Shown piece by piece: positions 11,024 to 29,789 of a stretch of 64,000 bases of DNA. The stretch's first letter is position 1; every line of letters starts with the position of its first letter. Under the pieces are notes generated by a model, which was not told where the DNA came from, did no database searches, and saw nothing but the letters and a program-made list of their open reading frames with translations. The stretch is from assembly GCA_010909165.1 (NCBI GenBank), contig MU008203.1, forward strand, positions 248,001 through 312,000. Reading direction: 5' to 3'. This stretch comes from Anthoceros angustus (taxonomy: Eukaryota; Plantae; Anthocerotophyta). The position numbers and the translations under genes are program-made.

Positions 11024-13012
11024 GAGTAATTAAGTTTAAAATATACATTTAATCCTATTAACCCATAAATATCACAGTTTTGATTGAGCATCGAACCAGG
11101 ATTTCGCAATAACAACACTACCTACCTATCCAAGCGTCTTGATTTTCAAGCTTTCATAGTTCCTGGGAGAGAAAAAATGCAAGGCAAGGAGACGCGCGGA
11201 GCTGGGGACTCGGGAGCAAGGACGGGAGTGTGTATGGAGCCTCCCTCCCCACGTGAAAGAGGATCGGGCTCCTGGCGCGGCCCCTGAATCCAATCCGTCC
11301 CTGCCACGATCGCCCGGCCACGGTGACCTGCCTCCATCTTCCAGCTTCTTGCTGGTCATTCCTAGCAAGCGGTCGGTTGGGAACGTTCGAGCAAGGACGC
11401 GTTGCCAGTTTTGAGGTGATCTCCAGCGTGTCTGAGCGGGGAGTAGCTGCCAATGGCTGCTTGGTATAGAGCGACTACAGCCGCAGTTTTCGAGTAAAGC
11501 GAGCAAAGCGGGTTAACCGAGTAACGCGAGTAAAGCAGGAGCTTCATGTTTGCAGAGCCTCTGTGGGGCTCAATTTTGGTCTTCAATCCGTACGCGTATC
11601 GATGGGAAGCCGGATGGCCTGGTTTTGAGGGGTGGCGCCCAGGAATTGAGTGCCAATTGAGAGGTTCTTTTGACGGGCATCGTACGTGTTTGCAGGCCCC
11701 TTGTGAAGGCTCTTACAGGCAGGACCTCGGTGTTGAGGAGGCTTCCGGTGGAAGTGTCAGCGGCAGCTTTCAACGTTGACGTGGAACAGATTGGAGAGGC
11801 CAGGGTTAGGAGGGCGCAGGAGGCTCTTCTGCTGCCAGCTGAAGGCCGCCGCCGCCGCAGGAGGGACGCTCTCTTCCTGTGAAGAGCTCATATTTGCAGA
11901 ATTATCAGAGTAAAAAAGCTTATATGTGCAGGATTTAAGCATAGTTCACTAGATTTTGATCCATGGATTGGGAGTGAAGAGTTTTTGTTCTACGCTGCTG
12001 ATATGAGGCTGAAATCAACCGTTTTCTTGGAACCTTCTCCTTGTGTAGAGAGTAAAGCTGGATATCTGTTTTCTTAATTTATTGTCTGCTGTCTTGCTCA
12101 CCAGTGGTCCCCCACCGGACTGAGAGCGTGCACATCTCCTGTACATGCATCATGCGTGCCTGTCCCCGCTCCCTCTCCCACCCCCCCGTGATTGTTTGTC
12201 TCCCATCCCCCCATAGTTGTATGGCCTAGTATGAAACTCCTTGCCCCGTGTAATTGTAGGGCCTGATAGGCCTTTCCAACCATCCCTTACGGACAATTTA
12301 ACAGCCAACAGGGCTGCAGGGCAACACATCACTGCGAAATCCCTTGCCTCCAAGCATCGTTGGCTGTAGTCACAGGTGGCATACATGTCAATCTAGCCCT
12401 CTTGCCTCAAACACTATACGGATCTCTCAGAGTTCCTCTGAGAATGTTTGGAACTTCATGAAAGTTACTTTGAAGACGGCTCTCAGGGCTTGATGCAGTG
12501 AAATATTACTTGTGTGTTTTGTGTGGGCACTGCAAGAAGGATCTTACTTTAGTACTTTGTGTCTGCCAGAGAAATGGTTATTGTGCATCCCGACACCGAC
12601 TTTCTTGAAGACATCACTGGAAAACTTGGCGAGGCAACTTGTGCTGCTTGTAAGCATCATGTTGCTTCTGCGTCATAATGACCTAGCCAATGTTGCATTG
12701 TTGGTATCATCTGTCTTGCAGTATGTATCCGAAGAGCTGAAAGTCAGAACCATAAAATCTTGCAAATGATCCACTTACATATGCTAATCTTCGAGCAGAA
12801 CCGGATTTCTGGTAAACGCTCAGCTCATGTCTTTTGAGATTGGCATGCAAGTAAACAAAATTCTAACCTTTGACAACCTTTTGGGAGCGGTGTTCTTGGT
12901 AAAAGAACATTCTTCTTCTACTCATCAAATCGGTGGGTGAATTTAAGGAATAGGATATTCCAATCTATGAATTTTATTTATCTCAGAAAACAGAATTGTG
13001 ATTCAACCGATT

Positions 13013-13116
13013 ATGTGACTGTGCTTTTGCCTTGGGCTTGACAATGTGACTGTGAATCTGCCTGGGGCTTGACAGTTTCACTGTCATTCTGCCTTGGGCG
13101 TCACGATGTCACTGTA
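13013..13116. repeat. 31-bp minisatellite, three copies plus a partial
   Basis: ATGTGACTGTGCTTTTGCCTTGGGCTTGACA / ATGTGACTGTGAATCTGCCTGGGGCTTGACA / GTTTCACTGTCATTCTGCCTTGGGCGTCACG. Confidence 0.8.
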
Positions 13117-13165
13117 CTGCTTAGCGCGCCGTTGCAGGCGAGAGCATTGTGGCTCTGCTGAGCGG

Positions 13166-13573
13166 CTACTCCCAGGGCGAAGCGTCTGAAGTGGAGTGCA
13201 ACGCAGAGCGTAGAAAGACTGACGTCCGAGGGCAAATATATAGCCCATGGCCTTTGGCACGTTTTAATCTGTAGTAACCCTTCTTACAACATTCACAGGG
13301 CTGCATTTTACGGAAACCCTGTGGACTTGGTTGAGTGTAATGATCTACAAAGCAGAGTCGCCACGGGAGCAACCCGTTATGGAGGGGTAGACCATAACAC
13401 ATTGCCACCATAGCTCCTTTCTGCGGCGAGTCGAACCTAATTGCGGAGAGGTCAGAATCATGAACCACTTCCCCGTCGAAACCATCAAAAGCCTGAGTTT
13501 GAGTGACAAGGATTTCCGCATGTTGTACACAGCACACAAATGCGTTCTTCAAGTAGCTTTCACCGGGCTGCAC
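13166..13573 (-). other. Cys-rich hypothetical ORF (135 aa) just downstream of SIG1
   Basis: Open frame with a protein-like composition (CECCKKGYYRLKRAKGHGLYICP). No recognisable family and no clear ATG start. Confidence 0.2.
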
Positions 13574-13774
13574 TGCCTGCCTGCTTGACTGTGGACCTAC
13601 GCCTGGTCCAGAAGAAGACTCACTGTGGTCTTCTTTCCATGTTACAGAGAAGCAATCGTTTCAATGCCCTGAAATCCACATAGCCTTGCCTTGACCTGAA
13701 GACGCTCGAGCGTTTGCGAGCAATTTGAGACAAAGCTCCAAATCCTGAATAAAAGCTGTACACAATTTTGGGAC

Positions 13775-16608
13775 CTACACTGCATTAGCCGCTCGTTCCA
13801 AGCCCTTTGACTGCGTAGATAGTTGCAGCTTCCTAATTGCCGCGGTTCCCAATTGCCTAGCCCGCTCTCGAGACACACCATGTCTGTAGCGCAGTTCGCG
13901 GAAGTTAATAGAGATACATATTGCCCTAGCATGTCCATCGGAACATAGGTCAAAGCATGCCTCAACCCTCCCACTGGAACATACGTCACATCGTACCTCA
14001 ACCCAATCTTGTCGAAAGACAACTGCTGGCCATCTATTTGACCTAGTCCGTAGTGCATCTTCACGATATCTTGCTCCCTTTGGCTCAACATAGACGACAA
14101 CAGATAGTTGACGTCCTCCTGGCAGCAGGAGACCAAAGCGCAACGTCTGTCAGAAAAATGAAAACCACCTACTCGGGCACTCCGGCCATCGTGTGATTGC
14201 CGTTGCTACCTTCAGGAGTACTCTGTCAACCTGCGCCCATGGCTGATTTTCGGTGTCATTGTCAGGGATAATCTACATACAAGCCATTCAAAGCGATCAG
14301 ACATGCTCCACAAGGGAAATCAGGAAACACTGTAATTAAACACGGCACCTTACTAAAGTCTAATTTGCAAACCCTACTTCTCAAAGGCAGGGACTTGGGC
14401 TCACTGTGTGAAACGTGTCCTTGTCGCCATCTTGTAGACTATCTCGTCCGATTTCTCGATCTATTGACTTCAACCTTTTCTTGGTCTGCAAAAACAGGTC
14501 ACGGCTGCACATTAGACTTTCCCCGTCAGTCCAGGCCAATCCACCTAGCAAAACAGGGGTCCTTTCAGGTGCACTGCAAGCAACGAAGGTTCAGAACCCT
14601 TACAACCACCTTGAGAGCATTTTGCACTTTAACATCTGAGATGTTGAGAGCCTTTGAAATCTTCTGCAAACGATATCACAGCAAGACAGACGTAAACGAT
14701 CCTGCCATAGTAGAGATCCTCGCGTGGCATAAGATTCCGGAACGCAGACAACTGGGTCAGGGGAGCTGAAAGTGATAAGTGAGGCTGACCTGAATCGTAG
14801 GAGTTGAGCCCTCAGACGCTATTTTGTTTCTAACTTTTCTTATCCTGGCCAAAGTATCATGCACATGGACGGGGATCCGCACAGTATTGGAGTGGTCAGC
14901 AATAGCCCTAGTCACACCCTGTCCAGCATCCAGGTAACCCTTTGATCAGAACTGTTTCGCCGTAAAAGATTGCAGAAAAACAGGTCTGAGACCGTCTGGC
15001 GGTTGTACCTGGCGTATCCACCAGTGCACATAGGTAGAAAGCTTGTAACCTCTTGTGTGGTCAAACTTCTCCACCCCCCTGACGAGCCCTATCGAACCTT
15101 CCTGATGAGCATCAATGGAGGGCCTCAGTACTGCTGGGAAGGAGTCAGCGGAAAAGACACACGTACAACGGGGGTGCCACAGCAGGGCGTGCCCAGCACT
15201 TTGTGTAAGTCACACTGCTAGGCCTTGCAAACCTGAATCAAGTCAGCCAACTCAAGGCCACGGTTGTTGTAGCGTTTAGCAACGGAGACAACAAGCCGTA
15301 AATTGGACATGACCATCTTGTCCCTGGCCAGATCAGCTTCGTTCAACGTGTTGAGCACGTCACCAGTGGACATTCCCAAGTGTGCTGCCCACTGCTCATT
15401 ACTAGGAGCATATCCAAGCTCCGCCTCCAAACTGACATAGATATGTGGCAACGAGGCAAGTCAGCAGCGAGCCAATGCAGGAACGGCTCAAACGATAACA
15501 TCCAACCCTGCAGATTTTGCCCACGGTAATAACCCCTGCACACAAAACTGCTATGCATCTCATTCAGACATTTCTTGCCAACATTTCTTGCAAACAAGAA
15601 GAAGACAGCGTGCACTGCCACCGCCATCCGATATCAGCTACCAAACACTTTCATATAAAAAGAAGGCATCCGCGACCTACTTCTTCCGCACGTCCTTGAG
15701 CTGCGTCCCTAACTTGATCTTCTTGGACAGCTCAATCTCATCATCCCTAGACAGCAGCTCCGTCTTGGTCATGTCCCTCAAATACGCCGTCAAATAGTCC
15801 TGCAAGCCGTCCGGTCTCGGTCTCGGCCTATCCCTCGACTTCCTCCGAATCAGCAAAGAAGCCGCAGGCGCCTGGGCCGCGCTCCTCTGCTGCCTGGCCT
15901 GCATGCGCCGTTGCCTGGCGGACGGCTTCCCGGCGCTCATTATCCTACGGCGCGCCGAATCCCCCGTTCTCTCCTCAACCCCGGGCCCTTGCTCCGGCCC
16001 CGGCTCCGGCTCCCGCTCCTGCACCTGCTCCTCCTCCCGCTCCCGCTCCTCCACCTGCACGCGCTTCTTGAGCGGCCTCCCCCGGCGGCGGGGCGGCGGA
16101 TTCAGCCTCTGCTCCAAGGCGGACAATTCCTCCAAAGACAGGGCCCACTGCCGCTCCAGCAGCGACCGCTCCAGCGCGGTGGCGGGATCCCCGGCCGGGG
16201 AGAAGTCCCTCTCCCTCTCCCGCTCCATCTCCAGCCCTAACGAGGCCCCGAGGAATGCCGCGTCCAGCAGCGCGAGGCCGAATCCCCGGCCGCTGCTGCA
16301 CGCGGCCGCGTCCTCCAGCACGTACCCGGCCTGCTGCTCCGCAGCGCGGCCAGGCTCGCCGCGGTCCCGGTGCCCGTCCCGCTCCTCCCGCCTGCATTGC
16401 GCGGTGCTTGAGCGGGCGCGAATCCGCGCGCCCTTGCGCGGCTCGGGCTCCGCGGCTCCTCCCGCCGCCGGGGCGGCGCACACGCAGGCGCATTCCTGGT
16501 AGTGGAGCCTGGGAGCGCCTGCGGCTGCCCCCGCAGCCGCTCCAGCGGATCGGGCAGGCGCAGGCACGCCTGGAATCCCAGGCCCGAGGCTGCCATGCCC
16601 GCTTTCAT
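13775..16608 (-). CDS. SIG1: Plastid RNA polymerase sigma factor, SIG1/SigA type; about 10 exons
   Basis: Exons (minus strand): 16608-16326 (tentative), 16236-15681, 15431-15233, 15101-15009, 14918-14790, 14663-14610, 14485-14405, 14272-14210, 14118-13997, 13883-13775. Sigma regions 2-4 are present ([26 protein letters not shown]...[19 protein letters not shown]). SIG1-type features: [26 protein letters not shown]. Confidence 0.9.
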
Positions 16609-18659
16609 GCTCAAGCGCAATGCGCCGCGCCTGCGCTGCCACTCACTGCAGCAACCATTTTTCTCAACTCCCTGCAGCTCCAACTCCAGTCGAGTGAGAC
16701 AGTGCGGGCGGATGGATAGGGCACGCCAGGTGGCGCCTGCCTGGGCCCGACGATCCCCTTTGCCCAACCACGCCCCCTTTCCGTTTAGATATTTAGCCTC
16801 GCGCCCGGTCCTTTCTACCTTTCTGCACATCTCCTAACGATTGTTTCGTCTAGCATGTAACATCCGTCATTCACGCATATGTATCGCCTTTTGTCTACGA
16901 CTAACCAACCAACAACACGTTTTGTGCAATACCGTTAACTGAGTTTGGGTTGAGTAGAGTTGGCCAATAGCGAGTTGAGCATTGAAATTAAACATAAAGT
17001 TTAAAGAGTTGGTAATTATGAGATTATAAAAACTATATACTTATGAAAAAATATGTTTAGACCCATATCATGGTTGGAAGATTCACTGATAATCTAGTGG
17101 CTACCATGTAGACCATTAATTAAATGGATGATAAAAATACAACGGAGATAATACAATTTGAAACCTCATGTTAAAAAAATTTCTACCACCCAAACATAAT
17201 AAACCCTTCATGATGTATATATATACATATACACAATAGAATAAATACGATGTGGTTGATTTGGTTTCCCATCGATACCCGATGGCCATTAAGGCAAATA
17301 CGGTCAGACCCGTGCAGACGCGCAACCCGATGTACCCTGGTTTCATATCGACATACACGACATAGCAACATCAGTTTGTGGTTCCCGTCACATACTCGGG
17401 TTTTTGCACCCGTTCTCTGTACTTGCATTTCCATACCCGGCTTTCCATACCCGGGATGAAAGGTTTCCAATCCCGTCGATTTCAAGTCCAGGTTTCAAAT
17501 CAGGTTTTCAAAGCTATGCACTTCTCATCGCGGGTGAAGCGATCCAAAAAGAAAGCGGTGTAGATGCGGAGACAAGACGCCTAATCTGCTACCCGGTTCA
17601 AATACGAAGACAGGACGCCTAATCTGCTGCACTTGATGGTAGGAGTGTGGACCCAATTTCAAGCTGCAAGGGTCTGGTATAAAGTTCTCATCACAACAAT
17701 CAACAGAAGAGCAAAAAGTTTCCTCCATAGCTGCCCTGACTCCTCCTTCGTATGAGAGGCCAAATGACCTGCTGTATTCGTGCAGGAATCAAGGAGTCAG
17801 CTGCAGGGAATTAGCCAAATGGGGTCTCCGCACAAAGAAACTATCACAGCACGCCACTTCACAAGTTGAACACATGCAAAAAGTGAGTTGGAGTCTCGGG
17901 AATGTTTGAAGGTACGAAGTTCGCTTGAGTTCTTCATGGATGAGACAGCTGTGTGGCTTAACCAAAATTGTCTCACTCGTTAGCAGGATGTGTGCGTTGG
18001 ATGCTGCTTTCGGTGTGTGCATGTAGGAGTCAAGTACGTAGTGAGCTGCACTACATCAGCGACATGGTAAAACCTCACAGAGTTGCACTTCAGAGAATTG
18101 CTCTCTACCTCAACCGAAATTGTCCCCACTCTGCATGATGTGTGCATTGGATATTGCCTTCATAGGCTTGTGAGGGACACAACTGCTAGGACCAACTTTA
18201 CTCTTGAATTTTAAGGAGCAGATTTATATTGTTGAGAGGGTACGAACAAGTTGAGTTAGGATGTAGACCATGTTCAAACTTCATTGTTGCTGCTCCACCT
18301 CCGGATGATATACCAAAATTGAGGCTTATGCACGGCCTCCGGTTACAAAACTGAGTTCTATGTCTGTCTCGTCTTAGCACTGAAAAGTGGATTTCCTCCT
18401 TCCAAAACTAAAAACCTACCTCACATCAGACCAAAGCGTCTCGTCTGAGCACACGAAAACAGTGGATTCTCACCTTTTAAACCAGTGGATTCTCACCTTC
18501 TAAAACCAGAAGAGTGGATTGTGATCTTCTAAAACGAGAAGCGTAATTGACCCGATCAAAACTGAGTGCTATCTGCTATCTCCTCTCAACACCCTACCTG
18601 GATTGGTTAGCTTCTAAAACCATAAGCCTATTTCACCTCATCATTCAATCCACCCTTTA

Positions 18660-21003
18660 TCAACTGCCTATGTTCCACCTCACCGTCTTTTTCTTCTTAC
18701 ACACAACTTCCTCCAAACCAACATATCGTTTCAGTCTATTCATTCCCTCATTCTCAGCAAAAGTTTCCAACACTTGTTTTCGTTGAGGTTCTTCGTCTGC
18801 CTGTGCCACTAACTGTCTCAGCATCCGTTGAGTTTGCTCCATAATGCAAGCTATCTCAAAAGCTAAATCTGAACGCTCAAATGCAGTATCACATACTTCA
18901 GCACATGTCGTTTTAATAAAATCCAACCGTTTTTCTTTTGCCATCTCCAACCGTGTCTTACATATTGGTGCCACCAAGGGGTTACTACGCAACACAATGT
19001 GTGGAGCTTCTTGATCCTGCATCCAAAAAGCCATAGCCAAGTTGTTGGTATCACTACTTTCACCAATATACGCTCCATTTGTTCTTCAATTTTGCCTAGC
19101 TGCTGATGCACCATCCTTGTATATGCCCAGGAGTTGTTGAACTTTCACCACATGCTTGCAGATGAAACATTTGTTCCCCATTGGACATGAGCATGTAGCC
19201 CAAGGAGAGTAAACATGTTCAATCACATACCACAAGTTAGGGGTCGACGAAGACAAACAATGTGCAGCAACATTTTCGGCATGCGGTAAAATAACTGAGC
19301 TAATAGGAATAGTTTCTGCACCCTTCATAGCTGTTTCCTCCAAAGCCTCCTGCTTCTTGTTATGCACGTATCCCCCTTCTGTCGTGAAGTGCTGGTACCA
19401 ATAATGTCGGGCAACCACATTCACTAATTGCTGTAGTAATCAGTCTAGTCTACGGCCAGGCAAACTTGACTTGCTGAATGCTGTATGTTCTCTAATGAAT
19501 CTATGGAATCCTTCCACAACTGAAGTTGTATGTTTCTCTGCATGAGGCAACATTCTAGCATTACACAACCATATATCTATAGTCTCTCCCCATTGGACCT
19601 TCATATATCTCACAAAGTCTCCTTCACTTTTTCCCCACTTGTCATAAAAATTATTTAGCATACTTCTTCTTATGGAAACACACTGTGAAGATGTGCTTGC
19701 CCCACTGACATACATAATATCCCCTAGCTCTGCCCATATTGAAATTCAATTACTTTGTGAGTGCACTTTCTTCAATAAATTTCGTCTCCACGCTTTCCGC
19801 ACATGCCACAAGCATAGTAATATAGGCATATTATGATTTCACACTGAGCGAACGGCAGAAATCTCTACTTGACAATCATCAACAAGGAATGAATTAGGTG
19901 TCCAATCCTTGTTGATCTTTTCAACCTTCTTTCGTAAAGTTGAAAGCCAACTGACAAGTGAATCAGTAGTAGCATCTTTTGTAATAGCCCATGTTACTGG
20001 AACACCATTCAAGTAATGGTCAAAACCCATCACAGTGAATAAGTGGTAGCGATACCTATTCAACCCAAAAGTCGCATCCATAGCTAACACATTACCATTC
20101 CCATAAAGCAACATGCAATTTAACATAAAAGGAGTTTGAATGCCCGATCCAATCCTTCTTTTCCTGTGAAAGCCATGTTGCTCTGACATCACGGAGTAAG
20201 CTTTCGTACCCAGGCCCATGACATATAGCATTTGAAAGGTCAATATGCCTATGTTCAAAAAGACCAATCTCAGCAACCGTAGGGCACAGGAGAAGTTTCT
20301 TCACCCTAAAATTTGCTTGGCAACCATGCTTGACACTCTCTCCACGAAGGACCTTACACTTAGCTGTATTAGCACCACGTGACACTCCCACCTCCTTTTG
20401 GCGAAAGTCTTTCGGGCCATAAGAACACCAATACCTGCAAGCCAACCTCACAATGTTAATGCTTCCCTAAGTAATAAAACAATTTGCATACTTCAAACCT
20501 TCTTACCTGACATATGATGTAGTTGTATGCACTGTCGGTACTGCAGGGCGAGGTAAATTCCCCGGCCCCTTCGAATCCTTCTTGTAGAAGTTCGTAGGAT
20601 GAGAACTTATAGCACTCATTCCCCCAATAAAGTCTCCCACTCTAGGAAGGAGTATGTGAGCTACCTTCACATGTTTTTGCTGCCCTGGTACCCTAGAATG
20701 GTCATACTGAGAAGAAACCCAGTTTAGGTCAATATGGTTAAATAAACACATACCGTAAGCTTGTGAGCCAGGGTGCACTTGGAGCCTTAAACAAGTATTA
20801 TTAGTGGCGTGTAAGCGGGTAGGGACGAGCGGCTTTCTCATGTCCCGCGTTGGTGGTACGTAGCGCACGGGCGTCAAAACTTCTGGCCACCGCTTCGGAT
20901 TATGCATGACTCACCATAGCATGGTGATGGGCAAGGACATAGAGATGTACATGTCGTAGCCGTGGAGGGCCGTGCGGACACACGTGCCGGCCTTAATGGC
21001 CAT
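18660..21003 (-). mobile_element. Decayed Mutator-like (MULE) transposase with SWIM zinc finger
   Basis: MULE domain (LAMDATFGLNRYRYHLFTVMGFD...FLVDD...CLWHVRKAW), TTSVVEGFH motif and SWIM finger CSCPMGNKCFICKH. Interrupted by stops and frameshifts. Terminal inverted repeats were not found. Confidence 0.85.
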
Positions 21004-21576
21004 CGAGTATCCATTTGCAAGCGGTTGATTTATGGCACATATTAAATAACATAAGCGTGTAGATGAAGCTCTTTGATTGTAAATGAATTTATTCAACTTG
21101 TCTGTAGAAGCTTTATCAACATCCCAGGTCCAGAGATATGCATCCTATTTTGAGACCTTCACAGATAGAGAGCTTAATTTTTGAAATGATAGTTATAAAT
21201 ATATGTACTCGGTGAGAACTTTGTCTTAAGATTTCTTGAAATCACTCCCTAGCTTGCATCGTCATCTTTTTTTTTTTGTGCTTGGATCTTTAGGTACAAC
21301 TAGAATGATGTAATCAGGTATCAAGCAATGAACTGTATATAAATATGAACTATAGGAATGAAAATTATAATTAGATCTAGAAAGATTCAAGAGGAATAAA
21401 AAATATAATCATGATCCACAAAGATCTCATAGGAGGATTTCTAACTACCATGAGAACGTTAATTCCAGAATGGTCAAGGAGGTCGAATTGAGACTTGGAG
21501 AGTAGTTTTTACAAAATATCTTTACCTTAACAACTTTTTTTAACAAGTTAGATTTGTTCTCTTGATAATTCTGATA

Positions 21577-21664
21577 TGATGTTTATTTATAATGTATTAA
21601 AAATATTAACAACACATAGTTGATGTTTATTTATAATGTATTAAAAATATTAACAACACATAGT
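21577..21664. repeat. Perfect 44-bp tandem duplication
   Basis: TGATGTTTATTTATAATGTATTAAAAATATTAACAACACATAGT twice. Confidence 0.9.
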
Positions 21665-22622
21665 TAAACAATAGAACTTCATAGGGTTTTATCTGTTTCT
21701 CTCATAGTTTCTAACTATAATTGGTCAGTCTCTCCCGCCTCTTTTCCGACCAAATGGGCTTCTACAACGAATCATTATTTTTTAACCCTAATTGAATATC
21801 AACCTAAGAATGGTCACCCACGCATATTTTTCATCTTAACAACAAATAGAAGTTTCATTGGTATATCTTTCAGAATATCAATAATTAAATAACGAACCGA
21901 TTTGAGGTGGTAATCCTTTTAAAGTGGAGAGGAGAGGGAGAGAAAGGGGAGATTCCCTGAAATATGCCACAACACTGGAAAGGGGGAGGCCAACCCCGCC
22001 CTTGTCTTTGTGGTAGGCCCTTGTGCACTCCTTGATGAAACGAAAAAAACCTCATCCAAGGCCCCATGGGTTTCAATGGCAAGGGGATGAAAATGTGACC
22101 TTGATGCATGGGCCTGTACTTGTAAATTTATTTAGTTGCGCTCCCTTCCGATGCCCAACCTGGAGGGTCGATGACTACACAAAGGAGAAAGTTGGTCAAT
22201 AGATTGAAGTGCGTCCTGACACAGTATAAAACTACCATTCCCTTAGATAAAAAGCGTGGGTACACCGTACATCCAACTTTAAAAAGGTAGATAGCAGATA
22301 TGCTCTCCTTCTTTTACTTAAATATTTTTAATATATCTACTTCTAATCAAATAAAGATGTAACTCAAATTAAATTAGACCGACGGTTGAGAAAAGAAACG
22401 GTCACATCCGGTCAAGAACCGCAGGTTCCCAAAACGTACCGATCCCAGAGACCTCCATACCGAGTAGCCGGGTCAAAATGATGTCTTTATATATGCCTGA
22501 ACGGAGCCCATGAAAGTGTGCAGCAAAAAACTTAGTTTCCTTTCTCGCCTGGCGCCTCCCTTAGCTCTTCTGAACTTCGCGCTAGTCGGGTGAAAGGCCG
22601 TCGAGCTCTCAGAGGAGTAGCC

Positions 22623-23619
<997 letters not shown>

Positions 23620-24292
23620 GAAATTTTAGGGCCACAGTGGCCTGTAGGCTTGTATGTTTGTTCCAGTGGAGGTGTCCTCCTCGAGTGGACTCAGTTTTGT
23701 TGTAAGATGAGGGAATTCCCAGACATGATCTAATCTTAAGTCCAGCAAAGCATGGGTTGTATGTGGGCTCTTTTGACAGCGTGACAACAGTTTCATGTTG
23801 GAGCAGTCTTGTTTGCAATGACCTCCTTTGCCATGAGTGGGCTCAATTGCCACACAGGCCTTACCTTCAGTTCCAACCTGTTTCTGAGCATCATGCTTTT
23901 TGCCCACAAAGCATTCATCCGTCGTTTACCCAAGCTTAGGCCATGGCTAAGGCCTTCCCCTTCGTTTTGCAAGCACGAGAGCGACCACTGACGCGAAATT
24001 AAAAACCCGGGTCATTTACATTAAACCAGGGAGATTTTATGCAAATTAAATTAGTTCGACTGTTAAGAAATGAAGCGGTCATATCCAGTCAAGAACTGCA
24101 GTTCCCGAAAACTTAGCCAGTCCAAATAGGGTAGCCGGTCTCGGGACCTCGCTAGGAGCCGGTCAGAATGAATTGAAGCCTTCATATGTATCCAGGTAGC
24201 AGAACCCTAATTCTCTTTCGCGACGGCGGCTCCGAGCTCTTCTGCACGTCGCGGTTGTCGGGTGAAACATCGTCAAGCTCTTAGGCGTAGCC

Positions 24293-25284
<992 letters not shown>

Positions 25285-26130
25285 GAAACTTTAGGGCCAC
25301 AAAGGCCAGCCGGCTTTTGTATGTGTCCCTGAGGAGGTGCCCTCCCACAGTGGACTCAGTTTTGGTGTGAGATCGGGGAATTCCCCTACAGTTCCTGTGA
25401 CCTGATTCCGTTTCCAGCCGAAACATCTTCTCTGGTGCCTGGTAGGTGGACTTATTGAGAGCCTCAAAACCAGTTTCATGTCTGAGCAGTCTTGTTTGCG
25501 ATGACCTTAAGCTACGAGTGGTCACAATGCCACGCAGGCCTTGCCTCCAGTTTCAACCTGTTTGTGAGCACGAGGGTGCCGTACGCTGTTTCACTAACGC
25601 CAACTGTAATTCCTACAAAAATTCATCTATCGTTTACTCAAGTTTGAGCTGCGGCCTTCCCATCCGTTTCCTCGCAACTTGCAAGCTATGTACATACAAG
25701 GCAAACGGACCAATTCTGAATCTATACCTCCCCACCAAGCTTTCGGTAAGCTAGGCTGCATTTTCTGACATGCTCCCCGTTCTGGAAGTGTGGTTGCTTC
25801 TAATGCCTGTGTGAGAGACGGGGACGCTGTTTCCAGCGGGAGGCGGTTGTAGGTCGTGATGTTTGAAATTTCGGTGCTGGAAGTCGCCGTAAGCTGAGAG
25901 ATCTCATCTCGAGAACACGGAGGCAGGTTTCTCGGATTTTGCGATTGACTGATGCCGCGCTGTCTGTATTTGTGTACATGAGGAACTCTGGAGAATAGAT
26001 GAGTCTGTCTGGCAGTGTGTTAGAGCACAAGTTTCAAGTCGAGCCTCGTGAGTGGTTGATGCACCAGCTGACCGGAGCCGGTCTGGGGAAGGAGGGACAT
26101 TGGACCTGCGGCTGATCCCGCTTTGCGACC

Positions 26131-29511
<3,381 letters not shown>

Positions 29512-29789
29512 GCGGCGTGGTGTGGTGTGCTGTGCTGCGCTGTGATGCGCTGTGCAGTGATAGCAGTGCAGTGCAGGGAATTGCAGGGCAGTGCGGCAGT
29601 GGTGTGCGTCTCTCACTCTCGCCATGTGCATACGCTTGTGCGAGCAGTTGACTGTGTAGTTTTTGTCACATAGGTGAGCTCCAAATGCGCAAAGCCGCAA
29701 GAAGGGGGTTTCAGGAAAGACGAGGTCCCCTCTAAAGACAAATTATTGATGGCTGGCGCGAATATCCCAGCGCAGACTGGAGCAGCCCA

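Noticed and set aside
11126-11942. Cluster of medium ORFs on both strands
   Set aside because: No recognisable domains and no consistent splice model.
17700-18330. Weak internal repeat and Leu-rich fragments suggesting a Pack-MULE-captured LRR/FBD piece
   Set aside because: Too degraded; frames are inconsistent and no MULE TIRs enclosing it were found.
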